A stretch of DNA of 64,000 nt from positions 1,833,100-1,897,099 of the forward strand of contig CAXXMV010000006.1 in NCBI GenBank assembly GCA_963662285.2, given 5' to 3'. The notes below the pieces were generated by a model. It did not search any database. It had not been told where the DNA came from and was given only the letters and a program-made list of their open reading frames with translations. This document shows positions 21,126 through 29,608 of this stretch, piece after piece; position 1 is the first letter of the stretch; the number at the start of each line of letters is the position of its first letter. The position numbers were made by a program, and so were the translations under genes. Source of the DNA: a bacterium. Lineage in GTDB: Bacteria > Hinthialibacterota > Hinthialibacteria > Hinthialibacterales > Hinthialibacteraceae.

Positions 21126-21498
21126 ATTTCCTACCTCTGTTCAAGAATTTCCCTTAATTGCCACCGGTTAATAATTTGAATGGTGGTTGAAATAAGGGTG
21201 AAAAAATAAGTTACACAACATTACATGAACCAAAGTAGATTGCATAGAGGAAAGGATGATTATGAGTAAAATTTTTACGCCCTTTTTGCAAAGAACAAGC
21301 ATTGTGACTGTAACTTGTTGTAAGATAAGATATATTTGCGCCTTTTACCAATAGTCAATGATAAGAATTGTTCAAAACTATATTGTCAAAATGCTGGTCT
21401 AATAAATTGATTTATGTTAGAGTAATTTTCATCAATAGAAATAAGCCAAAAGACATGAAATGCGGATTAATCGGTAAAAAAATAAAGGGAGATTTCAA

Positions 21499-23547
21499 AT
21501 GATTAAACGATCAATTATAAAAATAACCGTTTTTGTATCATTTTTTTGTATTTTTTTAACCGCATCATTGGCTGATGCTCCAGAACCAACGTTTGATCAA
21601 CCCAATAATATACGTACATATCTTACAAAAGCAGCAAGCAAAATTACGCATGATTCATTAAGCAATATAAAAACATTATCAGATTGGAAAGAAGTACGGG
21701 ACGAGCGTTATAATCAATTTATCGAAATGATGGGTTTAACCGATGTGCCTTTGCAGGGTGAACGTCCTCCGCTTAATGTTCAGATTGTTGGAACTATGCA
21801 ACAAAAGGGCTATAAAATAGTCAAACTTTATTATGAATCGCTGCCTGATTTGTACGTTCCCGCTGATTTATATATTCCCGATAATATTACCAAACCGGTA
21901 CCCGCCGTATTATACGTTTGCGGGCATTCACGCACTCAGAAAGTACATTATCAGGCTCATCCGAGAAAATGGGCGCAGTTAGGATTCGTTTGCCTTATTA
22001 TTGAAACCATTCAATGGCACGAAGTGTTGGGGGAACATTGGGGCTGTTATGCGCGAGGTTGGTTCAATTGGTACAGTAGAGGTTATAATCCCGGCGGCGT
22101 TGAATTGTGGAATGCCATCCGGGGTCTTGATCTTCTCTGCCAAAGAAAAGAAGTTGATGCCTCTCGTCTTGGAGTAACCGGCATATCCGGCGGCGGTTCG
22201 CAGAGTTTTTATATTGCAGCGGCTGATCCCCGAATTAAAGTAGCTGCGCCGGTATGCGGCGGATGCACCCTTGAAGCGCAAGTCGGTCAGCATGTTTTGG
22301 ATGGACATTGCGATTGTATGATGCCTATTAACACATACTTGATAGATTTCCATGATATCGGGGCCTTGGTAGCGCCACGGCCATTTATGATTGCTCAGGC
22401 CAATCGAGACGGCCTGAATCCGATTGAATCCACCAGACAAACCTATCAGTATATTAATAATATCTACGATCTATATGGAGCAGGTGAAAATTGCGTCTTT
22501 GTAGAGACTCCCGGCCCTCATTCATATCATGAAATTTCACGAACTCGTATTTTTTCATTTTTCATTAAGCATTTGATGGGTAAAGATGTTCCGCCTGAAG
22601 AGGTTGGTGATATTGATGAGTCAGACAGCGCCATGTTGTCGGTTGAAGAACTGAGTATATATAACGGCAAGCCGCCGGAAGATGACCGGACGACAACCAT
22701 CCAGGATTCATTCCAAACAATGGCTCAACCTCCAGTGATCAAAAACATGGCGGAACTGTTAATCCATAAGAAGAAAGTCAAGCATTTTTTGAAAGAAAAA
22801 ACCTTCCGCGCCTTCCCGGCGGTTTCTGGAGAATTGGATATAAAAAAAGAGTATCGCGCTCATGAAGGCAGTGGAGGCAACGTTGTTTATAGTTTTACTC
22901 CCGAAGACGGTTATAGATTAAAAGTCGATTGCAAGTGGAGAGAGGAACAGACCGAAAAGAAACCAGTTCTACTGGTATTGCGCAATCCAGGTGAGGGTAG
23001 ATGGGATTCCGAAGGTTTTGCTTCCGGGACGCCGGATGGATGGAACCGGGCCTATTTTGAAGCGCGGGGTATCGGAGAAACCAGTTGGGGACAAGAATTG
23101 CAATGGCATATCCGCCGGGCGGCGGCATGGACTGGTCGCACCATTGCTTCGATGAGGGTCTATGATGTTATGAGATGCGTGGAAGCCTTGCGCTCGTTGC
23201 CTAATGTTGACGGAGAGAGAATATCTATCGCCGCACGTGGAGAAATGGCCGTAATCGCTTTATATGCGGCGCTGATGGATGGTGGGATTCACACAACTAT
23301 CATTCAGGATGCTCCTGCAACCCAAAACGCCGCCAGCCAGAAAGATGGAAGAGGTGAGGCGATTGAAATGCTGAATTGCCTGCGCATAACCGATTCGCCT
23401 CAAGTTGCAGGTATGCTATATCCCACAAAACTCGTAATTCTCGGTAAACCGCACGAAAACTATAACTGGTCTACCCAAGTTTATACAAAAATCAATCATA
23501 GCCAGGATGCATCCATAATTAACCAAATGCGGGATTGGAAGCCTTAG
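21499..23547 (+). CDS. Secreted two-domain alpha/beta hydrolase (acetylxylan esterase/dienelactone hydrolase-like)
   Basis: Signal peptide; PAVLYVCGH; nucleophile elbow GVTGISGGG; GHCDC; degenerate second hydrolase domain. Confidence 0.75.
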   Translation: MIKRSIIKITVFVSFFCIFLTASLADAPEPTFDQPNNIRTYLTKAASKITHDSLSNIKTLSDWKEVRDERYNQFIEMMGLTDVPLQGERPPLNVQIVGTMQQKGYKIVKLYYESLPDLYVPADLYIPDNITKPVPAVLYVCGHSRTQKVHYQAHPRKWAQLGFVCLIIETIQWHEVLGEHWGCYARGWFNWYSRGYNPGGVELWNAIRGLDLLCQRKEVDASRLGVTGISGGGSQSFYIAAADPRIKVAAPVCGGCTLEAQVGQHVLDGHCDCMMPINTYLIDFHDIGALVAPRPFMIAQANRDGLNPIESTRQTYQYINNIYDLYGAGENCVFVETPGPHSYHEISRTRIFSFFIKHLMGKDVPPEEVGDIDESDSAMLSVEELSIYNGKPPEDDRTTTIQDSFQTMAQPPVIKNMAELLIHKKKVKHFLKEKTFRAFPAVSGELDIKKEYRAHEGSGGNVVYSFTPEDGYRLKVDCKWREEQTEKKPVLLVLRNPGEGRWDSEGFASGTPDGWNRAYFEARGIGETSWGQELQWHIRRAAAWTGRTIASMRVYDVMRCVEALRSLPNVDGERISIAARGEMAVIALYAALMDGGIHTTIIQDAPATQNAASQKDGRGEAIEMLNCLRITDSPQVAGMLYPTKLVILGKPHENYNWSTQVYTKINHSQDASIINQMRDWKP

Positions 23548-23602
23548 AGGATTATTGCTGGCGTCCCATAAAACAGATTATTGGTTGTAAAGATTGCAAT
23601 AT

Positions 23603-23648
23603 GTATGGCAAAGGCAGCGTTCAAAATACACTGCCCTTGGCGCCCTGC
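23603..23648. repeat. Degenerate palindromic repeat, same family as 52617-52654
   Basis: Contains CTGCCCTTGGCGCCCT, identical to the right arm at 52640-52655, with a degenerate left arm GGCAAAGGCAG. Confidence 0.55.
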
Positions 23649-23672
23649 AATATATTATGAGTTTAGAAAAAG

Positions 23673-24842
23673 GTGTTAAGCATTCTTGTGTTACATTTAA
23701 ACAGATTTTCACTTTTAATTCGGACGCTTATTGTTATCAGTGTTGTAAGTATATCTTGTGTTGCTGCTCCAGAGTGGATTGATTTAGCCGATGATCTCGA
23801 ATCGTTTCAGACTGATTATAATCTTCCGGCTCTATCCGTTGCAGTGATTTTGGATGGAGAACTACATGCGGCTGGCGTTGTCGGGGTGCGGAAATACGGC
23901 GAGGATGTTAAAGCCGAAATTAACGATCCCTTCCATATAGGCTCATGCACCAAAGCAATGACCGGGTCGCTGGTTTGCCTACTGGTGCAACAGGGCAAAC
24001 TTAAATGGGATACTACTCTGGTTGAGTATTTCCCCGAATTAAAAGACGCCATACATCCCGATTTTCGGGATGTGACCCTGGTTCATTTACTTTCGCATCA
24101 GGCGGGTATGTACGCTTTTACCCACGATAAAGGCCCCTTAACCGGAGAACAGATAGAGGAGATTTATTCAATTAAATCGCCGCGTCATCAACGAAGAAAA
24201 GGCGTCGAAATACTGCTTAAATATCCTCCTATACATAAACCGGGATCAAAATATCTCTATTCCAATATTGGATTTTCGTTGGTAGGAGCAATCACTGAAA
24301 AAGTCATGGATGAAGAATGGGAGCATTTAATCAAACGACTTTTGTTTGATCCATTGGGTATGATAACTGCGGGGCAAGGCGCTATGGGAACTCACGATAA
24401 CATCGATGCTCCCTGGCAGCATAGAATTAAAGGCGACCAGATTATCCCCATTAATCCAGGACCGGATAGCGACAATCCTCCTGTATTGGGGCCGGGTGGG
24501 CGCGTTCATTGCTCAATTCTTGATTGGGCGAAATATATTCAGTGTTTTTTGAAATCATACCGTAATGAACCAGGCTTGATAGATGGAAAACACTTGCAGC
24601 AATTACGTGAACTGCCTTTCGGCGGAACCTATGCGCTTGGTTGGAGTACATACCAGCGCGGCTGGGGTGGAGGAACAGTATTTTCACATGGCGGCAGCAA
24701 CACTATGAATTATTCGGTCGCATGGGTTGCTCCTAAGAAGAATTTCGCCGTAGTAACAGCAACCAATATTTCAGGCGGTCAAGAGAAAGTTGGCTGCGAC
24801 AAAGTTTGCGCTTATATGATCCATAAGTTTCTTAAGGATTAA
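23673..24842 (+). CDS. Serine hydrolase, beta-lactamase class C/PBP-like family
   Basis: FHIGSCTK (SxxK), LLSHQAG, YLYSNIGF (YxN), HGGS. Confidence 0.88.
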   Translation: MLSILVLHLNRFSLLIRTLIVISVVSISCVAAPEWIDLADDLESFQTDYNLPALSVAVILDGELHAAGVVGVRKYGEDVKAEINDPFHIGSCTKAMTGSLVCLLVQQGKLKWDTTLVEYFPELKDAIHPDFRDVTLVHLLSHQAGMYAFTHDKGPLTGEQIEEIYSIKSPRHQRRKGVEILLKYPPIHKPGSKYLYSNIGFSLVGAITEKVMDEEWEHLIKRLLFDPLGMITAGQGAMGTHDNIDAPWQHRIKGDQIIPINPGPDSDNPPVLGPGGRVHCSILDWAKYIQCFLKSYRNEPGLIDGKHLQQLRELPFGGTYALGWSTYQRGWGGGTVFSHGGSNTMNYSVAWVAPKKNFAVVTATNISGGQEKVGCDKVCAYMIHKFLKD

Positions 24843-25503
24843 TCAACTTGTTAAAAACGTCTGCCTGAAGTTTAACTAGTTGTTTTATTTCAGGCATACT
24901 GGATTTTACCAGCCTTGCCAAATCATCAGTATTATCCACATCGTACCAGGGCGGCAGCAGTTTGACTGATAATCCCAAATTTTCAGTGATATTTATGGTT
25001 GTTTGTGTTACATTTTCAGTTGACCAGGGAATATTATCAAAAATATCATGTGCTGGAGTGGATAGACCGACAAGGTAGTATCCCCCATCATTGGTTGAAC
25101 CAATAACGCAATCGTTTTGCGCTAACCATGTTATAGCTTGAGATATATAATCAATGGGTAGATCAGGGCTGTCGCTGCCGACTGCTATGACCCGAGAGTA
25201 TCTCTTTAATTGATGATCCATGATATATCCAAGGCGTTCGCCAAGATCACCGGAGGGTTGTGGAAGGTATAATAGTTTGTCTCCCAACCAACATCGAAAG
25301 GCGTCTTCCTCTTCGGGAGGATCAAAATAAACCGTACAATCCAGTTGTTCAATTCGAGTGAATCGTCTCAGGCATATTTCAACAAAATGGCGATATAGGA
25401 GAGTGGCATTTTCTTCTCCTATTTGCGCAGCCAGGCGAGTTTTCACACGACCATTTTGAGGGTATTTTACCAATACAACGAGAGAGGCTCGATCATTTAT
25501 CAT
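24832..25503 (-). CDS. TIGR04282/DUF2064 family glycosyltransferase-like protein
   Basis: KYP..GRVKTRLA, Q..GDLGERL, GSDSPDL, DGGYYLVG, IPWST, DVD...DL. Confidence 0.88.
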   Translation of the reverse strand: MINDRASLVVLVKYPQNGRVKTRLAAQIGEENATLLYRHFVEICLRRFTRIEQLDCTVYFDPPEEEDAFRCWLGDKLLYLPQPSGDLGERLGYIMDHQLKRYSRVIAVGSDSPDLPIDYISQAITWLAQNDCVIGSTNDGGYYLVGLSTPAHDIFDNIPWSTENVTQTTINITENLGLSVKLLPPWYDVDNTDDLARLVKSSMPEIKQLVKLQADVFNKLINP

Positions 25504-25588
25504 GATATTTGAATTATTTAATTATCACTTTATTAATAAGTATAGTAAAACTCTAAAAGAGAAACCGGCTAAGAGCAACGTTTGTAAG

Positions 25589-26509
25589 ATGATTGCGTCT
25601 CCTTTTACGAAAATAATCGTAGGAGGCGTAATATTTACTTCGATCTTGTGTTGTCAGTGCGTTATGGCTCAGACCCGCGTCTTTCCGGAATCACCTGTGT
25701 TGACATATCCCTCAGCAGGCGCCGACCTTCAATTCCCTGCCCCCGGAACCAAGATTCCTTTTTCCTGGGAAGCAGTTGAAGGGGCTACGGGATATAGCGT
25801 AACGGTATCTAAAAACCATTTTCCCGTTGCTATTGTAAGCACTGAAGGAACGAATATTGAAATTGATTTGAATTTGACTATCGATGATATTGGTAAACTA
25901 GTCTATTGGAGCGTTAACTCTATATCAGGAAACGTTATTTCTACCCAACCTTCGATTTCTTCTTTCAGTTTCAGCCTCGATGGAACTCCCATTCCAAATC
26001 TTGATCCATCTGCAAAGCCTGTTCCCTTACCTGCGCCATCTTTAATAATCCCGGAAAATGGTTCTAACATATCCGCCATTGAGCAACTTAACATAATATT
26101 CAGGTGGAGTGAAGTATCCGGGGCCTCGGCCTATCGCCTTATTGTTTATAAAGATAATCAACCTCTTATAGATAATGTGGTAAACTCGACGCAAAATATC
26201 GGGCATTTTCAACAACCTGTGTTTGATATCCTTCAGTGGGAAGTCAGATCAATAGATCTAAATGGGATATCCGGTCTAGCGGGAATGCGCAATTATTTCA
26301 CTATTGGAAAAGGCGTACTGCCCACCCCGACTCCATCTCCAATTGATGCTGATATCGATAACAATGGTAAATTGGATATTCGGGATATATATCAATTCGC
26401 ATCACGCTTTGCGACCAATGATCCTGAAGTGGATATGGATAATTCCGGTTTGAACGAGAAAAGCGATTTGCTGAGATTTATAGAAATGTTTGTTGCAGCG
26501 AAACAGTAA
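25589..26509 (+). CDS. Secreted protein with two Ig/FN3-like repeats, PT linker and dockerin/EF-hand-like C-terminus
   Basis: Repeats FSWEAVEGATGY and FRWSEVSGASAY; LPTPTPSP; ADIDNNGKLDIRD...DMDNSGLNEKSDL. Start placed at ATG 25589 because 25502 overlaps the divergent gene. Confidence 0.7.
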   Translation: MIASPFTKIIVGGVIFTSILCCQCVMAQTRVFPESPVLTYPSAGADLQFPAPGTKIPFSWEAVEGATGYSVTVSKNHFPVAIVSTEGTNIEIDLNLTIDDIGKLVYWSVNSISGNVISTQPSISSFSFSLDGTPIPNLDPSAKPVPLPAPSLIIPENGSNISAIEQLNIIFRWSEVSGASAYRLIVYKDNQPLIDNVVNSTQNIGHFQQPVFDILQWEVRSIDLNGISGLAGMRNYFTIGKGVLPTPTPSPIDADIDNNGKLDIRDIYQFASRFATNDPEVDMDNSGLNEKSDLLRFIEMFVAAKQ

Positions 26510-26555
26510 TGAGATGTGAAGGATAAGATATTAGATAAACTGTTTACCGAAAGGT

Positions 26556-27260
26556 TTACAGTTTATTTTTTTGCAGCCATAACCTAAAAATAGTCCACAA
26601 TATCATGTATCCGGCTTTAACGCTTCCGCTTATGGTTCCAGAAATCTTGGATTTTCCGATTCTTTTTTTGTAAGGTACTGGAATTTCCATACAGCGCAGA
26701 TGAAGTATTGCCGCTTTGCCCTGCATTTCAACTGTCCAACCATAGGTGACATCCTGCATGTTAAGGCTTTGTAATGATGTTCTACGGATAGCCCTGAATG
26801 GTCCAAGGTCAGTAAAGCGTTCACCAAAGAGAATTCTAATCAACCAGCATGCCAGCCAGTTGCCTAACTGCGCATGAACCGGAAACGCTCCAGGTTCATG
26901 TTCGCCCAATGATCTTGAACCGATAACCAGATCAGCTTCATTATCGATGATTGGTTTTACTAATTCCGGCAGTACTGATGGATCATCGCTGAAGTCTGCG
27001 TCAAGAAAAACAATGATATCAGCTTCAAGCGCCTCATCAATTCCGCGTAAACAGGCCTGCCCATATCCACGCCGGGATTCATAAACGACATGAGCGCCTG
27101 CTTGTACAGCGCGTTCCTCCGTAGCGTCAGTTGAAGCGTTATCCACAACAATAACTCTATCAACGTAATCAGCTGGAATCTCACGGATTACTTTTTCGAT
27201 AGAATCTTCCTCGTTATAAGCAGGAATGATAATGTAAATATTCATATAAATACACAACAT
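26556..27260 (-). CDS. Glycosyltransferase family 2 (DPM1/polyprenol-phosphate glycosyltransferase-like)
   Basis: IIPAYNEE, VVDNASTDAT, RRGYG, FLDAD.SDDP, VIGSR, TDLGPFRAI. Confidence 0.9.
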   Translation of the reverse strand: MLCIYMNIYIIIPAYNEEDSIEKVIREIPADYVDRVIVVDNASTDATEERAVQAGAHVVYESRRGYGQACLRGIDEALEADIIVFLDADFSDDPSVLPELVKPIIDNEADLVIGSRSLGEHEPGAFPVHAQLGNWLACWLIRILFGERFTDLGPFRAIRRTSLQSLNMQDVTYGWTVEMQGKAAILHLRCMEIPVPYKKRIGKSKISGTISGSVKAGYMILWTIFRLWLQKNKL

Positions 27261-27294
27261 AAAAGGGGTGGCTAAAAAGCCACCCCTTTTTTTT
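27261..27294. terminator. Intrinsic terminator-like hairpin
   Basis: AAAAGGGGTGGCT-AAA-AGCCACCCCTTTT just downstream of the PT-rich gene. Confidence 0.75.
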
Positions 27295-27316
27295 CTAATT
27301 GCAGGCGATCAGTTAG

Positions 27317-29005
27317 TTAATTGCCTGTTTGATACAGTTCCATATCTCTAAAGATATCTAATACGCCCATGTTAATGAATGGCATGCCTTTGTCATTCAT
27401 GTCGATTCGCGGATAAACGCCTTCCGGCAGATTAAGCAGATCGGCGCGATTAACAGTACCTTCAGTCGTCAGCAGGAAGTCAGCCGCACCGGAAGTATGA
27501 AGCGTACCGATTTTGGTGATTCCGACCAGACCAACGCCATTCAAGAATTCGACGTTCGGATCGATTTGAATCTCGAAGTCGACCAGCATCAGTTCACTGA
27601 AACCAAAGGCCAGTTCAGGAAGAACGATGCCTATATCATTTACGCCAGCTGGTAGAGCTTTACGGAATCGACCGTATCCATCAGCGATGATCGCGCCCTC
27701 TCCAAACAGTTCCATATCAACATAGATCGGTTTATGCGGCGCATTAGTTGAGACGATAAGATCTACTGCACCGCCAACCGAATGGACAAAACCTCTAGAA
27801 TCGAGGATGTAACCAACGGGAACTTCAGACGTTGTTTCAGCAGATACAAGTTCAAGATCGACAGCAGGATTATTGCGCATATCGATATTGGCTTTTCTCT
27901 TAGGCGGTTCAAACAGATTCAGACCATTTTTATCAACTGACAAAATAGATCCATCGTTGAGCAGAGCAAAATAACCTTCTGCGTTATCAATGAATTCAAC
28001 ATCGACTACTACGTCATTGCTTGGGAACAGTATTCCAATATCTGGTAGATAGCCATATTCAACAGTTCCATTGTCGTTAAACTTGGCTGAGTAGACTAAA
28101 CCATTACCCGTAGCCGCGAGTACGGCCTTAATCTTTCCATCCTCGGTGTAAACTTCCAGATCAACATATATATCTCGACCTGCGAAATAAGGATATAGAG
28201 GAATAAGTTCAATTGGAGAAATTACGCCATCACCATTTCTATCAGTCAGGGCCATAACGTCGCCAACTTCGTGCGTTCCGCCATATCCATCAATAATGAC
28301 AATACCCTGGTTGGGATTATCAAAATTATCCGGCGTTGGCGTCGCTGTTGGCTTTGCTGGTCCTGTTGTTGGAGTCGGCGTCGGAACCGGTACTTCAGAC
28401 TCGGTTGGAGTCGGCGTTGGGACCGGTACTTCAGACTCGGTTGGAGTCGGAGGCACTGGAGTCGGCGTCGGAACAGGTACTTCAGACTCGGTCGGAGTCG
28501 GAGGCACTGGAGTCGGCGTCGGAACAGGTACTTCAGACTCGGTTGGAGTCGGAACAGGAACTTCAGACTCGGTTGGAGTCGGTACCGGAACTTCAGACTC
28601 GGTTGGAGTAGGAGTTGGAGGCACTGGCGTCGGAGTTGGAACCGGGACTTCAGACTCAGTTGGAGTCGGCACCGGAACTTCAGACTCGGTTGGAGTCGGA
28701 ACTGGCGCCTCTGACTCGGTTGGAGTCGGAGTTGGGGGAACTAGCGTCGGAGTAGCTACAGGAGTCTCCGTTGGCGTCTCTATGGGTGATTCCGAAGGGA
28801 TTTCGGTCGGGGTCGGCGGAACCGGTGTTGGTGTGGCTGGTTCCGGGGTCGGGGTTTCTATAGGCGTTTCTATAGGCGTCTCGTTAGGCGTCTCCACTAA
28901 TTGAGCGAATGCTCCAGCGGGGACAAAAAATAAAGCGCCTAATAAAATGCCTAGTCCTAATATAACCGTCGTCTTTCGACTGGTTGAAACGCAATGAATC
29001 TGCAT
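27317..29005 (-). CDS. Secreted protein with a long Pro/Thr/Glu linker and a C-terminal beta-propeller-like repeat domain
   Basis: GGAGG before ATG 29005; signal peptide ending AFA; about 190-aa PT region. Repeated motifs D-[LMVF]-E-[LVFI] and G...D..G..H.VG. Confidence 0.75.
   Translation of the reverse strand: MQIHCVSTSRKTTVILGLGILLGALFFVPAGAFAQLVETPNETPIETPIETPTPEPATPTPVPPTPTEIPSESPIETPTETPVATPTLVPPTPTPTESEAPVPTPTESEVPVPTPTESEVPVPTPTPVPPTPTPTESEVPVPTPTESEVPVPTPTESEVPVPTPTPVPPTPTESEVPVPTPTPVPPTPTESEVPVPTPTPTESEVPVPTPTPTTGPAKPTATPTPDNFDNPNQGIVIIDGYGGTHEVGDVMALTDRNGDGVISPIELIPLYPYFAGRDIYVDLEVYTEDGKIKAVLAATGNGLVYSAKFNDNGTVEYGYLPDIGILFPSNDVVVDVEFIDNAEGYFALLNDGSILSVDKNGLNLFEPPKRKANIDMRNNPAVDLELVSAETTSEVPVGYILDSRGFVHSVGGAVDLIVSTNAPHKPIYVDMELFGEGAIIADGYGRFRKALPAGVNDIGIVLPELAFGFSELMLVDFEIQIDPNVEFLNGVGLVGITKIGTLHTSGAADFLLTTEGTVNRADLLNLPEGVYPRIDMNDKGMPFINMGVLDIFRDMELYQTGN
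28372..28735 (-). repeat. Intragenic tandem repeat encoding TPTESE(V/A)PVP
   Basis: Nine copies of the core (ACTTCAGACTCGGTTGGAGTCGG on + strand), interspersed with TPTPVPP units. All spacings are multiples of 3. Confidence 0.9.
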
Positions 29006-29608
29006 TAGGTTCCTCCAACGATGGTATTTGAATAATATAGGTTTATAACATGAAACGATCATCTTTGCAATACTCCATTTACCATAAAGTGTTTTTTTTC
29101 AATATGTTTAATATTGGTTATCAAACAATATTATTAACGGTAATACATAAGTCAAGATGCATAAGTATCTATAAATCAAGGATATAAACGTTATCATGTT
29201 TAAAGTTTATAGGTTTTTCAATAATTATTATTTCACTAAAAGAATTAATTGAAATAATCTATAAAAAATAATGTCGCATGATAATTAAAACACTAGCAAA
29301 ATTGTCCAGATTTAAGCTTCTTTGACCGTTATTTCAAATATTATTGAAAATTAATATTTGAAATTCCTTATACAAACTGCTTAACATTTTATTTTTAACA
29401 ATTCTCCTTCTAGAAAAGTATAGTCAATTATTGGTATTATTGCAGAAGTTTATAGTAATATGAAGATAATATTCATAAATTGAACGTTTTTTTTAGTAGT
29501 AATCTTTGCTTTGACAGAATAACATTATATTGATTAGGAATACTTTAGCAAAAAAAATACATTGATTTGTGAAACGCCTTAATTATATTCATAGGAGGAG
29601 AATGAAGT

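Noticed and set aside
21170-21200. Trp attenuator leader (TGG TGG) near trpB2
   Set aside because: The tandem Trp codons are on the strand opposite to trpB2.
23673-24842. Antibiotic-resistance beta-lactamase
   Set aside because: SxxK and YxN with HGG in place of KTG fit the broad serine hydrolase/esterase family. There is no mobile context.
24832-25503. Arsenosugar biosynthesis cluster
   Set aside because: Only the TIGR04282-like gene is present, with no arsM or arsS. The family is widespread in other contexts.
28372-28735. CRISPR-like array of ACTTCAGACTCGGTTGGAGTCGG repeats
   Set aside because: It lies inside an ORF and the spacings are multiples of 3. The 'spacers' are short and similar to each other, variation is synonymous, and there are no cas genes. 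It is a coding PT repeat.
28271-28904. Plus-strand repetitive ORFs (GVGVGTGTSDSV, RWSRNR.., LESASE..)
   Set aside because: These are shadow frames of the minus-strand PT repeat, which has an RBS, signal peptide and terminator.
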